In this document: positions 52,452-64,000 of the stretch, one piece after another | Position numbering within the stretch: the stretch's first letter is position 1 | Layout of the letters: each line of letters opens with the position of its first letter | Origin: Octopus sinensis | Taxonomy: Eukaryota | NCBI RefSeq assembly: GCF_006345805.1 | Contig: NC_043012.1 | Span: forward strand, 18,104,001-18,168,000 | DNA: 64,000 nt | Direction of reading: 5' to 3' | Translations under genes and position numbers: made by a program | The notes under the pieces: generated by a model | The model's input: only the letters and a program-made list of their open reading frames with translations | The model's database searches: none | What the model was told of the DNA's origin: nothing

Positions 52452-52825
52452 CACTTGCGTCAGAAATTAATTAGCACTTCTCAAATTTCTACATTAAATA
52501 GGTTAAATCAATTAACCTATGAGCTGTTCAAAACGTCTTACGCGATTAGAAAACTTAGTATGGTGTGATTTCGGTCCTTGCGAGGCGCTACTTATATCTA
52601 TTAAACAAAGGAAGTTTTGTCTGCATCCGCACTCCAATTTGTTGCACTGCTATTCAACATCATAAGGCTGTAGACTCTCAAACTGCTCTGCAAACAAGTT
52701 ACGTCATCGTTCTGCGCAACAGTGAACTCGCAACAAAGAATAGTTCGAGATATGGCCACTAGGTGACAGCACATACCTTGAGTGAAGAGCAAATCAAGGG
52801 TGCTAATTAATTTCTGACGGGAGTG
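52452..52825. mobile_element. Tc1-like MITE (374 bp)
   Basis: TIRs cacttgcgtcagaaattaattagcac / gtgctaattaatttctgacgggagtg, with TA at 52450-51 and 52826-27. Confidence 0.88.
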
Positions 52826-53667
52826 TATGTAACTATAAAATTGGTTTAAATGAAGGTTTCAGAAATAAATCAACAGATATTACACGTTTTTGCATATCAT
52901 ACTCATTGCACTGTTTTAGGCGAAATCATTACTGTTCGGATAAAAACGTCATCAACCAAAGTTTTGAGGCAGCATTTGTAGCTGCACTCAACTGCATATA
53001 AATATACACGTCTATACACCGGTTTCAACAATACTAAGAAGAAACATTTATCACTATCTCTACTTTATGAACTTGTAGCAAAGGACAAGTTGCGTTCTCC
53101 TTTCACTTTCATTCATTTGTTTTTGTCACGAAGCAAAATTAGCCCACACACATGAACGCACACGCACACGCACAAACGCACACACATACACAAAACACAT
53201 ATACATCCGTTTAGTATTAACTGTCGGGAAAAAAGAGTTCTCAATATCATTGTAGAGATTAACATATCTTATATTGGTCCATTCCCTTAGTAATCTGTTT
53301 TGTCTTTAGACGCTATGGGTTTTCGGGTCAGTTAATACAATCATAACTTGCCTGAAAATCCTGTGTATCCACAGGTGAAAGTGAAAGCATCAAGAGATTG
53401 CCCAAAATAATATATATGACTCTAATATTTATACACACGCATGCGCACGTGGCCATATATCTATACCTGATTTTCTATCTTTTATATATGTACGTGCTTA
53501 TCCATGTATGTATGTATGCATGTTTGCATGTAGGCAAGCATGTATGTATGTATGTAGGCATGTATGTATGTATGTATGTATGTATGTATGTATGTATGTA
53601 TGTATGTATGTATGGTTGTATATATCTATCTATCCAAATATGTTTTTGTGTGTCTGTGCATATATGG

Positions 53668-53938
53668 TGACCCCCTTCGGTCAGACACTGACCATGGGTT
53701 TGCACCTAGAGAGTTACTCTCTAAGGCACAAGTCTGGGCAAGGTTGTTTTTTTTTTTTATGGAAGACCAGCAGTCGCCCATGCATACCGGCCTCCCCTCT
53801 CCACGTCACCGATGTTGTCCAAGGGAAAGGCAAGGGCCGATACAGCTTGGCACCTGTGACGTCGCAACTCATTTCTACAGCTGAGTGAACTGGAGCAACG
53901 TGAAATAAAGTGTCTTGCTCAAGAACACAACACGCAGC
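53668..53938 (-). mobile_element. CORE-like SINE body with LINE-derived 3' tail, head missing
   Basis: Minus strand gtgttcttgagcaagacactttatttcacgttgctccagttcactcagctgtagaaatgag resembles the CORE domain; tail ...gtctgaccgaagggggtcacc. Confidence 0.65.
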
Positions 53939-54115
53939 ATATATATATATATATATATGTGCATACATATATATAATATATATATGTGCATATATATATA
54001 TATATATGTGCATACATATATATATATACATATACATATAAATAGATATAGATGTGCATACATACATTTATATATATATATACACCCACCCACACCCACA
54101 CGCATATATATATAT

Positions 54116-54166
<51 letters not shown>

Positions 54167-56094
54167 CATGCAAATCTATATTTACATGCTTATTTGTGGA
54201 TCATGTGTGTGCACACGTGAATGTGCGCTGACATGGGCGTTTGCTTGCAGTGTTTGTAACTGCATTATGTTGTGTATATCACATGATATATTTCAGTGCA
54301 CTATATTCCGTGTATACATACGTGTGCATGTCGTGTGTCTATGTACATGTGTGTGCACGTGTATATATCTATATATATTTCAGAATGTCAGTTACATCAA
54401 ACTCTGTGGATACATGATTTAAATCCCATTTCATGTCTATATATTTTTATGTTCCTACCCTTTAATATATGTAATTTACACAAGGTCTGCAATGTTAATA
54501 GCTTCCATCATATTCTTGGAATTTTCATTATAGTCCTATTTACTCCGATAGCCTTATGATAATATTCTTAACAAATGTTCCATTTCCCAATAAAATACCA
54601 AACATCGATCCATTTTACGTAGTGCATTTTTCTCTATTACAAAGACCATTCACATGCACTCAGCTCCTCAATAACTGTCTCTCACTGCTTCTCCCTCTCT
54701 CTCATTACATCTCTCTGTCTCTTATTCCCGTATTTCATTCTCTGACTCTCTCCGCTACACACATACGCACAGACCGCTCATTGTTTTCAATTTACGTTCT
54801 CTTTTATGTCTGTCAACAATTTCTATTCTCGGTGCAAGGAAATGGGTTCGATGAAAATTCTCACTTCATAAAAGCGAGATATCCATAGTTTTTTCCCGAA
54901 AAAAATCAATTGTTTCGCCATAGGCTTTTTTTCCCCCATTATTACTCTTATTCAAGCAAAAGGACCTTTGAGCCGTGACGATATACAATACATTTGTGGT
55001 AATCCAATACAGTTTTCAATGATTCCTTTGAACATAATTGGCGAATTTTATATTTGAGTTCAATATTCATATTTAGTAGACCGATACGAAGTTAATGCAT
55101 TCGATATTCATGGATAAACAAAAAAAAAAAACAAGAGTAAAAAGGACACCATTTACATTTTCAATTTTACTTCATCGCTCTCAAATGAAAGCAAATATAA
55201 CATTGTATTGGCAAATATTCATTAGAAACGGGTATTTTTATATGTTATTCTTTAACTACTAAGTACCAGGGTAAAAAAATGACTCTTTTGTTTCATACAT
55301 TTACTATGGTAATAAATTTCCTTTTTTTTTCTTTCGCTCATTCCGCGAGAACTCTGTATCATACAGATACGATACTAGTAGATAAATGATCTGTTCTTGT
55401 ATTTAATTAAATCAGTCATTGGAAAAAAGTAATTACTAAGACAGTCATCCCTTATCATGTAATTTTATATTTTATTTTCAAAGAAAGACTATTCCTTTTG
55501 ATGTAACTCTTAATTATTCTTTTTTTAGTCGAATCCACATTCAGAGAACAGCTTTGATCAGGATATGTTAGAAAAAAATAACGGTTCTTTATGTAAATAA
55601 TGAGATCTTATTTTATCATATGTTTATTAGGGAAAGAAAATAATTGTAAAGATGCCTCTAATACACTAAAGAATTACTAAGTTCTTGTAATCTTTTCAAA
55701 TCATGCAATGTTCTATTTCAGTTACATTTACAAGTAACGAAATAAGTTTTATGCTATCAGAATTGCATATAGTTCTACTTCTGATTGCGTTCAGATCACG
55801 AGTCCTGTCGCTGCGTAAGCGCATGGTTTTCAGTCACTAAATGATAAAGTACACATTCAACCCACATTCGGAGCCATTTTCAGTTCATTAAGAGAAACAA
55901 ATAGTTTATTTTGCCAAACGTAACTCACATGCACCTACCATACCAGTCTCACACGCACCAACAAATATATACACACATATACACGCACACACACACACGT
56001 ACACACACCCGTACACACACTCTCACACACAAACACACACGCACACACACACACATAAATGCTTCATCTGTCTGAGAATAGAAATTCTCGAAAA

Positions 56095-56240
56095 AAGGCA
56101 TGGCTTTGTGATTAAGAACGTCTCTCTGCAAGCATGTGGTTTCGGATTCAGTCACGCCGCATTGTACTTGAGTAAGTGCCTTGTAGTCTCCTACCGTAAC
56201 ACTGGGGTGACCGATTACTTGGGATCGAATATGTCTTTCA
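56095..56240 (+). mobile_element. SINE family B fragment
   Basis: aaaggcatggctttgtgattaagaacg...ggattcagtcacgccgcattgtacttgagtaagtgcc. Confidence 0.55.
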
Positions 56241-56489
56241 GAAAACTATCGTATATATATACCAGGTGGAACATATCTAACTATATGAGTTAGACATAGC
56301 CTGGGCCAATACTGGCCGAAGCCTATCAAAGTTTTATATATATATATATATACTCGTGTGTGTGAGTGTATGAGTGCTTTCGTATTAGAGCTTATAAACC
56401 ACTGTTTGGTAACGGGATTATTTATGTACCTGTATATTAGCGATTGGGTCAAGGTTATTGCTAAACGAAACATCTGATTGAAAACTATG

Positions 56490-56660
56490 GACTGGGGTCA
56501 ACTTTTTCGTACGTGTCCGCAATTGGTAGTGATTTTATAGACCCCAAAAAGATAAAAAATATAGTCGACCTTGCCTGCATTTGAACTGAATGTGAAAGAC
56601 CGGAATTAACGATGGTACATTTTTTGTCGGATGCGCTAATAATTCTGCCAGGTCATCGAC
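56490..56660 (-). mobile_element. SINE family C, degraded
   Basis: ttatagaccccaaaaagataaaaaatatagtcgaccttgcctgcatttgaact...gcgctaataattctgccag. Confidence 0.6.
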
Positions 56661-57726
56661 CTAATGAATATGAAATGATGATTTCTTTTATAACTTTGTT
56701 TTTATAATGACTTCTATGGAACCGAAATGATATATATTTGAAGATCGTAGGCGCTTTCTCAAAATAAAGCGGATGCGATCGTAATTAGCGTCCGTTTATT
56801 TTAACGGCAATCCATGTTGTTTTACACTTAATCACTTGACTTTCATTTCATTGCTATTCAGAATGTAAATGGCATAATGTCCATGCAATTATTTACTAAA
56901 TGGATATCAATATTTGACAGGTTTGCTGTTTAATAAAATTCTAACGTTAGAAACTCTACTATGTGTTCTTCAACCTGAATATGTGTAAGAACTTCATCCT
57001 AGAAGTCGAATATAATATTTGTCAATCAAAACTAATAAATGTGTAACTTCCAGGGCCCTAACTTTGAGATTGGATGGCTATAAGTGGGAGTGAGGTAACA
57101 TATCGCATTCTAGCTAAGGTTATATTCTTCGGCATCTATTTTGCTTCGTAATTTTTTGAATGTTCGTTATTGCGCATGAAAAAAATTCTATCCTTGCACT
57201 CACTTTCCATAAAATATTTTTGTTTTTAATAACTACTTACGACGTCAACTAAAAAATCATTTGCGTACGTTTTAAATAAATTTCTGTTGCTAATAAAATA
57301 GTAAAAATAATTTTTGTCGACATAAATTACTTAAATATTCGCACATGCACACATTCACATGTTAGTATGTGTGTGTATATACGTATGTGTGTATATATGT
57401 GTGTATATGTGTGTGTGTGTGTCTGTGTGTGTTTCGCACCACATAGTGGATTGTGCTGTAAGGTGCTCTGTTGTGAATAATTATAATTTTGTCACATGTG
57501 CTCTATATGTTTGGGTAAACTCAATAAAGGGATTAAAGTAAAGATTTGTAGAGTAAAACAGAAAACATAAATACACACACACGCACACATACACACACGT
57601 ATATATAACAGTATAAAAATCAATGTATTAGTGTATTACAAATGAAATCTATATAAAAATCGCATCTTGGTGTCGATATTTCGATACACAATTTTTTCTT
57701 GCCAGGATACTTTATTGTATGTTATA

Positions 57727-57776
57727 TCATCATCATCATCATCCCCATCATCATCATCATCGTCGTCATCATCATT

Positions 57777-57811
<35 letters not shown>
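57727..57811. repeat. (TCA)n microsatellite
   Basis: Direct inspection. Confidence 0.95.
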
Positions 57812-57812
57812 T

Positions 57813-58353
57813 AAGTGAGAGAGCAGAGCATGCCATGAAAGGGATACCGGGTTAAAATATACGAAACCCATTATACCCATCATGACTACCTGTCTGATAA
57901 GGGTACATCAGGCACATGCATAACAACCATATGTGCACGTCATAGAGATCTCATATCAAGAATAACAACGCATGACCTTGCAGGTGTGGCTCAGTTACAA
58001 TTTTGTTCAGGTCGAGTAACTTATCCTGCCTAAAAAGCTCCGTGAATAAGGTTTGTTTCAGGATGTTGAACGAAACACCCATGTTCCCAGAGGTGAATTA
58101 TTCAAACCCCAAACAATGCCTATGATGCTCCCCCACTACTTCGGCTCGTGATCAGAGATGCACATATTGTCACCCACCAAGAGACAAACTCATCTGGTTC
58201 TGGTCAAGCAACAGACAAGCAAATCTGTAGTATGGAGCAGAATGTTTGTTGTAGCTCATATTTTATTCCAAGACAAAACAATATACTTGATAACATTTCC
58301 AATCAGTTAAAATGAGAAACCATGAAAGCCACTGCCTGGTACTGCATCGGGGC
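57813..58353 (-). mobile_element. ~550 bp non-coding element, copy 3 (more diverged), between (TCA)n and (TTC)n/(ATT)n
   Basis: Colinear with 32931-33480, same termini. Confidence 0.88.
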
Positions 58354-58412
58354 ATTTCTTCTTCTTCTTCTTCTTCTTCTTCTTCTTCTTCTTCTTCTCT
58401 TCTTTCTTCTTA

Positions 58413-58469
<57 letters not shown>

Positions 58470-58512
58470 AATTATTATTATTATTATTATTATGATTATT
58501 ATTATTCTATTA

Positions 58513-58543
<31 letters not shown>

Positions 58544-60428
58544 ATGTTGTTGTTGTTATTTTTACTTATATTTATTATTATTATTATTATCGCTTTTATT
58601 CAGTAATTCGTCCATTCATTCATGCATTCTTTTTTTCTTCTTGTGAATCCAACGTGTTTTTGCTGCATTCCCAGACATTGCTGTGGCCCCGGGGTATATG
58701 CAGAATCCTAACTTTTGATGTTTACTGGAATTTTGCGATTATTATAATTTTGTTCATAACAACATCGACTTCGCTATAAATAGAAATATATTTAGACAGC
58801 AGAGAAACTATTTACATGAGAATTATAAATTGATGTGACATAGCTTGTAGCTGTGTGATGTTAGATAAATTAAATTCAAGAGAATTATTAAAATAAAGTA
58901 GAATTCTAGGTTGCCAAATGTAATAAAATTACTAAAGGTGAAAATTTGCTGGAAGCAGTTAATCAGTGTAGTATATGATTTACAGAAATATACCTTAATA
59001 CTTCTCCATAATGAATCTAATAGCGCGAGGCATAATTTCAGCTTTCATCGCTTTGTGGTGTAAAAATACAACCTATCATGCATGTACGTAGGTCGACTCA
59101 CTGATATTCAATAGATGTTACGCTATCGTTACCTTTATGGCGTTTTTCGCTTCGTGTCTGTTTAAAATCGTGTTTAAAAATCATTAAGCGTAGAAGGCTG
59201 CACAAAGGACAAATCTCAAACACCTTTTTTAAAATCAACATAAATTAGCACCTCCTATTTCTGGATATCTTTCTATATCTTATCAATTCCCAGTTACACT
59301 CTCTTCCGAAATAAATATTATATAAATGTAATGTATCTCATCCGATATATTTGTTATTAGTAAAAGTCTGTAGAAACTCTACATTTATGAAAAATATAAA
59401 ACACATTAAAATACACCGACATCAAAACTGTACAAAGGAAACGTAATGTTAGTAATACAAGGCTCTCTCTTTGGTTATATTGTAAAGATACTTTAGATGT
59501 TTATTTCTTAGGAGGAACGGTGGAATTTCCCATTCGTCACGATTTGGGGTTAGGAGGAGGATTGTTTTTAGATTTAAACAATGTTTTTGGAATTCAGAAG
59601 CTGAATGGTTGTCCAAAAGAATATCTAATCCTTACTTAACATTTAGGCATATCAATAAACATAACAATACCGGTCTTACTAAATAAATTTGGTATCGAAA
59701 ACATCATAATAAACAATTTAATTTGGAATGGAATGTTCTCTCTATTTCTTTACCTTATGAAAATTTAAATCTCTTTGGTCGCTTTGTAATAGTGGAATGT
59801 TTTTGTATCCTATTCTCAAAGAATATATATATATATATATATTTAGTGTGTGTATGTGTGTGTGTGTATGTATGTGTGAGTATGTATACATATGTGGAGC
59901 TCAAGTGAGTTCTGTTTATCAGTAATGGGAGGGAAATATGTTTCAGTACTCTGAACTTAAACGGGCCTGTTGCAAAGGAACAATTGCAACTGTAATCAGT
60001 AGTGAACATTGGATACGTATTATATGTGAACATGTTCTTTTGTGAAAAGCAGGATAAGTGAATGATATGAAGTCACATGAAAATCGAAATGCTCAGGTAG
60101 GTAATGATTTTGGACATCGACCGCCTCTTACAACTTGTGTCATATATCAAAAAACATGTATCACAATATCTGGACTTAAAGATATATGATACTTCACAAA
60201 TTCATTCCTACAGCATCAGATTCCTAAGGGCAAAAATATGAAAGAAACTTGAATAATATCTGTCACTTTTGTTTTATACCCTGTCACTCAGCAGCTGATG
60301 TTAAAGTCATCTAAGGGATCATCAGTTGGGTGATTGTACTGTGTGATGGAGTGCGGATTGAACGACACTCATCTGTCAACATGAACCAATATATATATAT
60401 ATATACAAACACACACACACACACACAG

Positions 60429-60460
<32 letters not shown>

Positions 60461-60538
60461 TATATAGAAGGAGCTTCTACAGGACTAGTACTGTTTCTAC
60501 CTTACTTACTGTGGTTAACCCCGGATCAACCCGGGACC

Positions 60539-60569
<31 letters not shown>

Positions 60570-60572
<3 letters not shown>

Positions 60573-60820
60573 CAAAATAAACAACAAGTATATCCGAGGT
60601 AATGTGGTACGATCGTTTCATGCTATTTCATTTTATTATACAATGTAAGTATTAAATCAGTTTTCGAGCAATCTTCAGCCACCAATAGAAATTTTATAGG
60701 TGTCTGAAGATTGCTCGATAATTTAAAACTGATGTAATACTTACAGTATTTAATAAAATGAAGTAGCATTAAAACAATCGTTCCACATTACCTCGGATAT
60801 AATTGTTGCTTATTTTGATT
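60570..60820. repeat. Hairpin: ~115-120 bp inverted arms with a 15-nt loop
   Basis: aatcaaaataaacaacaagtatatccgaggtaatgtgg...gagcaatcttcagccacc versus ggtgtctgaagattgctcga...ccacattacctcggatataattgttgcttattttgatt. Confidence 0.92.
60604..60683 (-). ncRNA. Type I hammerhead ribozyme motif with intact catalytic core
   Basis: GGTGG-CTGAAGA-TTGCT(loop)AGCAT-GAAAC-GATC-GTA^CCAC; all invariant core nucleotides present; 10.1/11.1 is U-U rather than the usual G-C. Confidence 0.68.
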
Positions 60821-60924
60821 GTAATCACCCCATGGATTTATATGGATAATACCATACCAAATTCTGGTGCCTTTGACTTAAGTACCATAGTCATCTGAAT
60901 CAAAATTTTGCTGAACTTATATAT

Positions 60925-60960
<36 letters not shown>

Positions 60961-60980
60961 GATATATATTTATATATATT

Positions 60981-61015
<35 letters not shown>

Positions 61016-61180
61016 CTTACAGTCGCAATGACTGAAACCGGTATTGAAATGACTTAGCACTTTCTACCTTGATATTTTTCCATATACATATATATATATA
61101 TATATGAATATATGTATATATATATATTCTTCTCTCTTGTTTCAGCTCAGAGCTGCAGAGCTGCGGCCATGCTGATGCAC

Positions 61181-61673
61181 CCATCTTCTCTCCAGGGAGT
61201 AGAGTCTTAGTTGTTTCAACCGTTCCCAGTAGCTGAGCTGTTGCAAAGAGACGATCTTCTTTGTGAATCTTCTCTGGATTGCTTCAAGATCCGCTGTTAA
61301 TTTTACACTGGTGGGTGACTATAGCTGTGAGCAGTATTCCAGGCGGCTGAGGACGAATGTCTGCCAGAGGATCATCATGGTTTCCTTATCTCTGGTTCTG
61401 AATGTTCTTAGGATCCAACCAGCTAGTCGTCTGCACTTTTTCGCCAGCCTGGCAACGTGCACTTGGAAAGAGGTATCATCACTCATGTCGATACCCAGGT
61501 GTCCCTCACAGACTTAGGCTCTGGCATTGAAATTCTCTGTGGACCGGTGTATCCTGTAAGTTTAATATTCAGTTTTGGATGCTGGTAGCGCAGGACCTGG
61601 AACTTTTCAGCATTAAACTGCATATTATTATCCTCAGCCCATCTATAGATTGAGTCCAACTCCTGCTGCAGGT
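61181..61673 (-). pseudogene. CR1-clade LINE reverse transcriptase C-terminal fragment
   Basis: Minus strand: LQQELDSIYRWAEDNNMQFNAEKFQVLRY...GIDMSDDTSFQVHVARLAKKCRRLAGWILRTFRTRDKETMMILWQTFVLSRLEYCSQL*SP...LEAIQRRFTKKI...YWERLKQLRLYSLERR, with one frameshift and one stop. Confidence 0.92.
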
Positions 61674-61793
61674 ATATATATATATGTGTATATATATATA
61701 CACATATAAATGTGTGTGTGTATATATCTGTGTGTTTATATATATAGAGGAAGTCAACGAGAGTTCAGTTTGGCGAAGTAATTACGCGGCTAA

Positions 61794-61846
<53 letters not shown>

Positions 61847-62512
61847 GTTAGGGTACAAAATGTATCACTTTGCTCGAAAAAGAATAAAATTCTCCAAAGA
61901 CACGTATCTCTCACTATATGTAAACACACACTGAGAATGTATGAAATACATTTTGAAACATATTATTTTCAGTTTGTAAATCTACAAATATGAGCGTAGC
62001 TATCCCAGTATCAATTGATTTCGCTTTCTGTGAAAAACTGACACTTAAACTCTTTTGAAAAAAATATTTACCTTCCCCTGCGCGTTTTTCTAACTGAAGT
62101 CTCCGCGAATTCCTAACGAATATTTGCGAACATATATAAATTCAATATTCAAATTAATTATCATTATGTTTAAGAAAAACAAACAATCGTAAAGTGGTTT
62201 AGCAAAGATACCAAATATGCAAGAGTATATATTTTTAGCATTCATTTGTTCAAAATTTAGCCAACTGTATAGCCAATTGGAAAAATATATTTACCTGGGG
62301 CTAAAACAAAAGTAACATCGTCCTTTATAGGACTACCATATTCTATTGACATGAAAACATTATTGTACACACACACACACACACACATACATACACAATT
62401 ATATGTGTATGTATATATGTGTGTGCATGTAGACTTATATCTATCGATCTATCTAACTACCTATCTATCTATCTGTCTGTCTGTCCGTCTGTCTCTCTGT
62501 CTCTCTCTCTCC

Positions 62513-62573
<61 letters not shown>

Positions 62574-64000
62574 CAGGTGCACACAATCATGTGTAGGTAT
62601 GTACGCACAGTACTGACTGTTTACTTCAGAGGTTTAGCTGATATTGGCTCTGTCGAGAATGTAGTCTCTATGAGAATTTTACATAAACACTTAGTATTGA
62701 AGACCACCATTATTTTATATCGTCAGTCAGTATTTCACCCATTTAGTATTTCTGTGCGTGGTTAATGTACTTATATACTCAAATCTATAGCGCGTGTGTG
62801 TGTGTGTGGTCTGTCTGTGTGTGTTTGTGTCTGTATGTTGTAGAAAGTGAGATGTAAAACTCATATCTATATGCTGATCATGTAGTTTCGTTTTCTATAT
62901 ACCTGTCTAATCATGCTAATAAACTTATCTTTCAGTTGAAACGGATAGAACTATGACATATGACTGGAAATGGGGAATATCTTCATTTTGGCATTTAGTT
63001 CAGTCTTAAGTAGTAATGGAATGTGTTTCTTATGCTATTTCCTAATCTTCACTTTCGTTTGCGTATTACAGTTTTTTCTTTAATTTCATTAATTCTTAAG
63101 AAGTTCTAAGTCTGTACTTGCACTAATTCTTTCATCTCTGTTTCGTTGTTTAACATGTCATTAATGTTTTTTTAATTAAATTTACAGTCGTCATGTGATG
63201 CCTCCATAATTTTTTTCGAATACATAGTTCATGTCTGTTTTTCTACGAAACTTCTAGGATTTATGTATCTCTCGTATTGATGTTCAAATGAAATGTAATG
63301 AGTCAAAATAACCCTATACAAAATATGGTTAAATTATCACTTAATATAATTTTTATCCAATCTACTTTATTTCTTTGAATAAAAGTATTAATTCTGGGCC
63401 GAGTATGAATCAAGGAACGTAATTGCCTGTTATTCTGCTCGTCTAATATAGTTGGTATACTTTTAGCTTTTCATTCGTTCCTTTTGTTTATATATTTATA
63501 TATAGTCACAGGTATGATTGTGTAGTAAACAAAAACCTTGGCAACCACTTGGTTTCTGGTTTAATGTGCAGCGGTTCGTCCATTGGCACTGATAAAATAA
63601 TTACTAGGTGTGAAATAAATTCTGTCATCGATGAGTTCCACTAAATCCCTTGAAGGTGGTGACTCAGCATGTGTGCAGTCAGATGACTGAAACAATCAAA
63701 ACGATGTCACAACACTTTGTAGATTCGCAAATTGCTGTTTCTTTATTTTGACCTCAGTAACATATCCACATTCCTGTGTTTATTAAATATTTCCACCAGT
63801 TCTTCCAAACTACATTTTCCTAATATTAACGGCTTGTTTCTTTGGTTTTCTGTTCTACCTATTTACAACGTAGACATTGTTTCCTTTGATTGCTTTGTGC
63901 TGCCTATAATATTTGGACCACTGATTCTCAATGGGAATCACTTTTTCCTAATAGTTTTTCAATTGATACCTCTAATTCTCATCCTGTTGGAGCTGCATTC

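Overview
AT-rich, repeat-saturated eukaryotic non-coding DNA (intergenic or deep intronic). I find no host protein-coding exon, intact tRNA/rRNA gene or CRISPR array. The SINE/LINE repertoire and extreme (TA)n/(CA)n/(CATA)n/(ATT)n microsatellite load suggest an octopus genome (inference from recognised repeat families, not verified). Nearly all ORFs in the supplied track are microsatellite translations. Real coding remnants are all transposon-derived and dead: two mariner copies, one maT/Tc1-like element, Penelope-like retroelements (a near full-length Naiad-type copy split by a mariner, a second partial copy, and a fragment of another clade), two HERO-type 3' ends, and CR1, RTE, Dong/R4 and Ingi-like LINE fragments. 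The most interesting signals are (i) type-I hammerhead ribozyme motifs in three different repeat families, one with compensatory stem I changes between copies, and (ii) several long fold-back inverted repeats (up to about 1.3 kb) anchored in TA microsatellites. All alignments and folds were done by eye; boundaries without a TSD or TIR are approximate.
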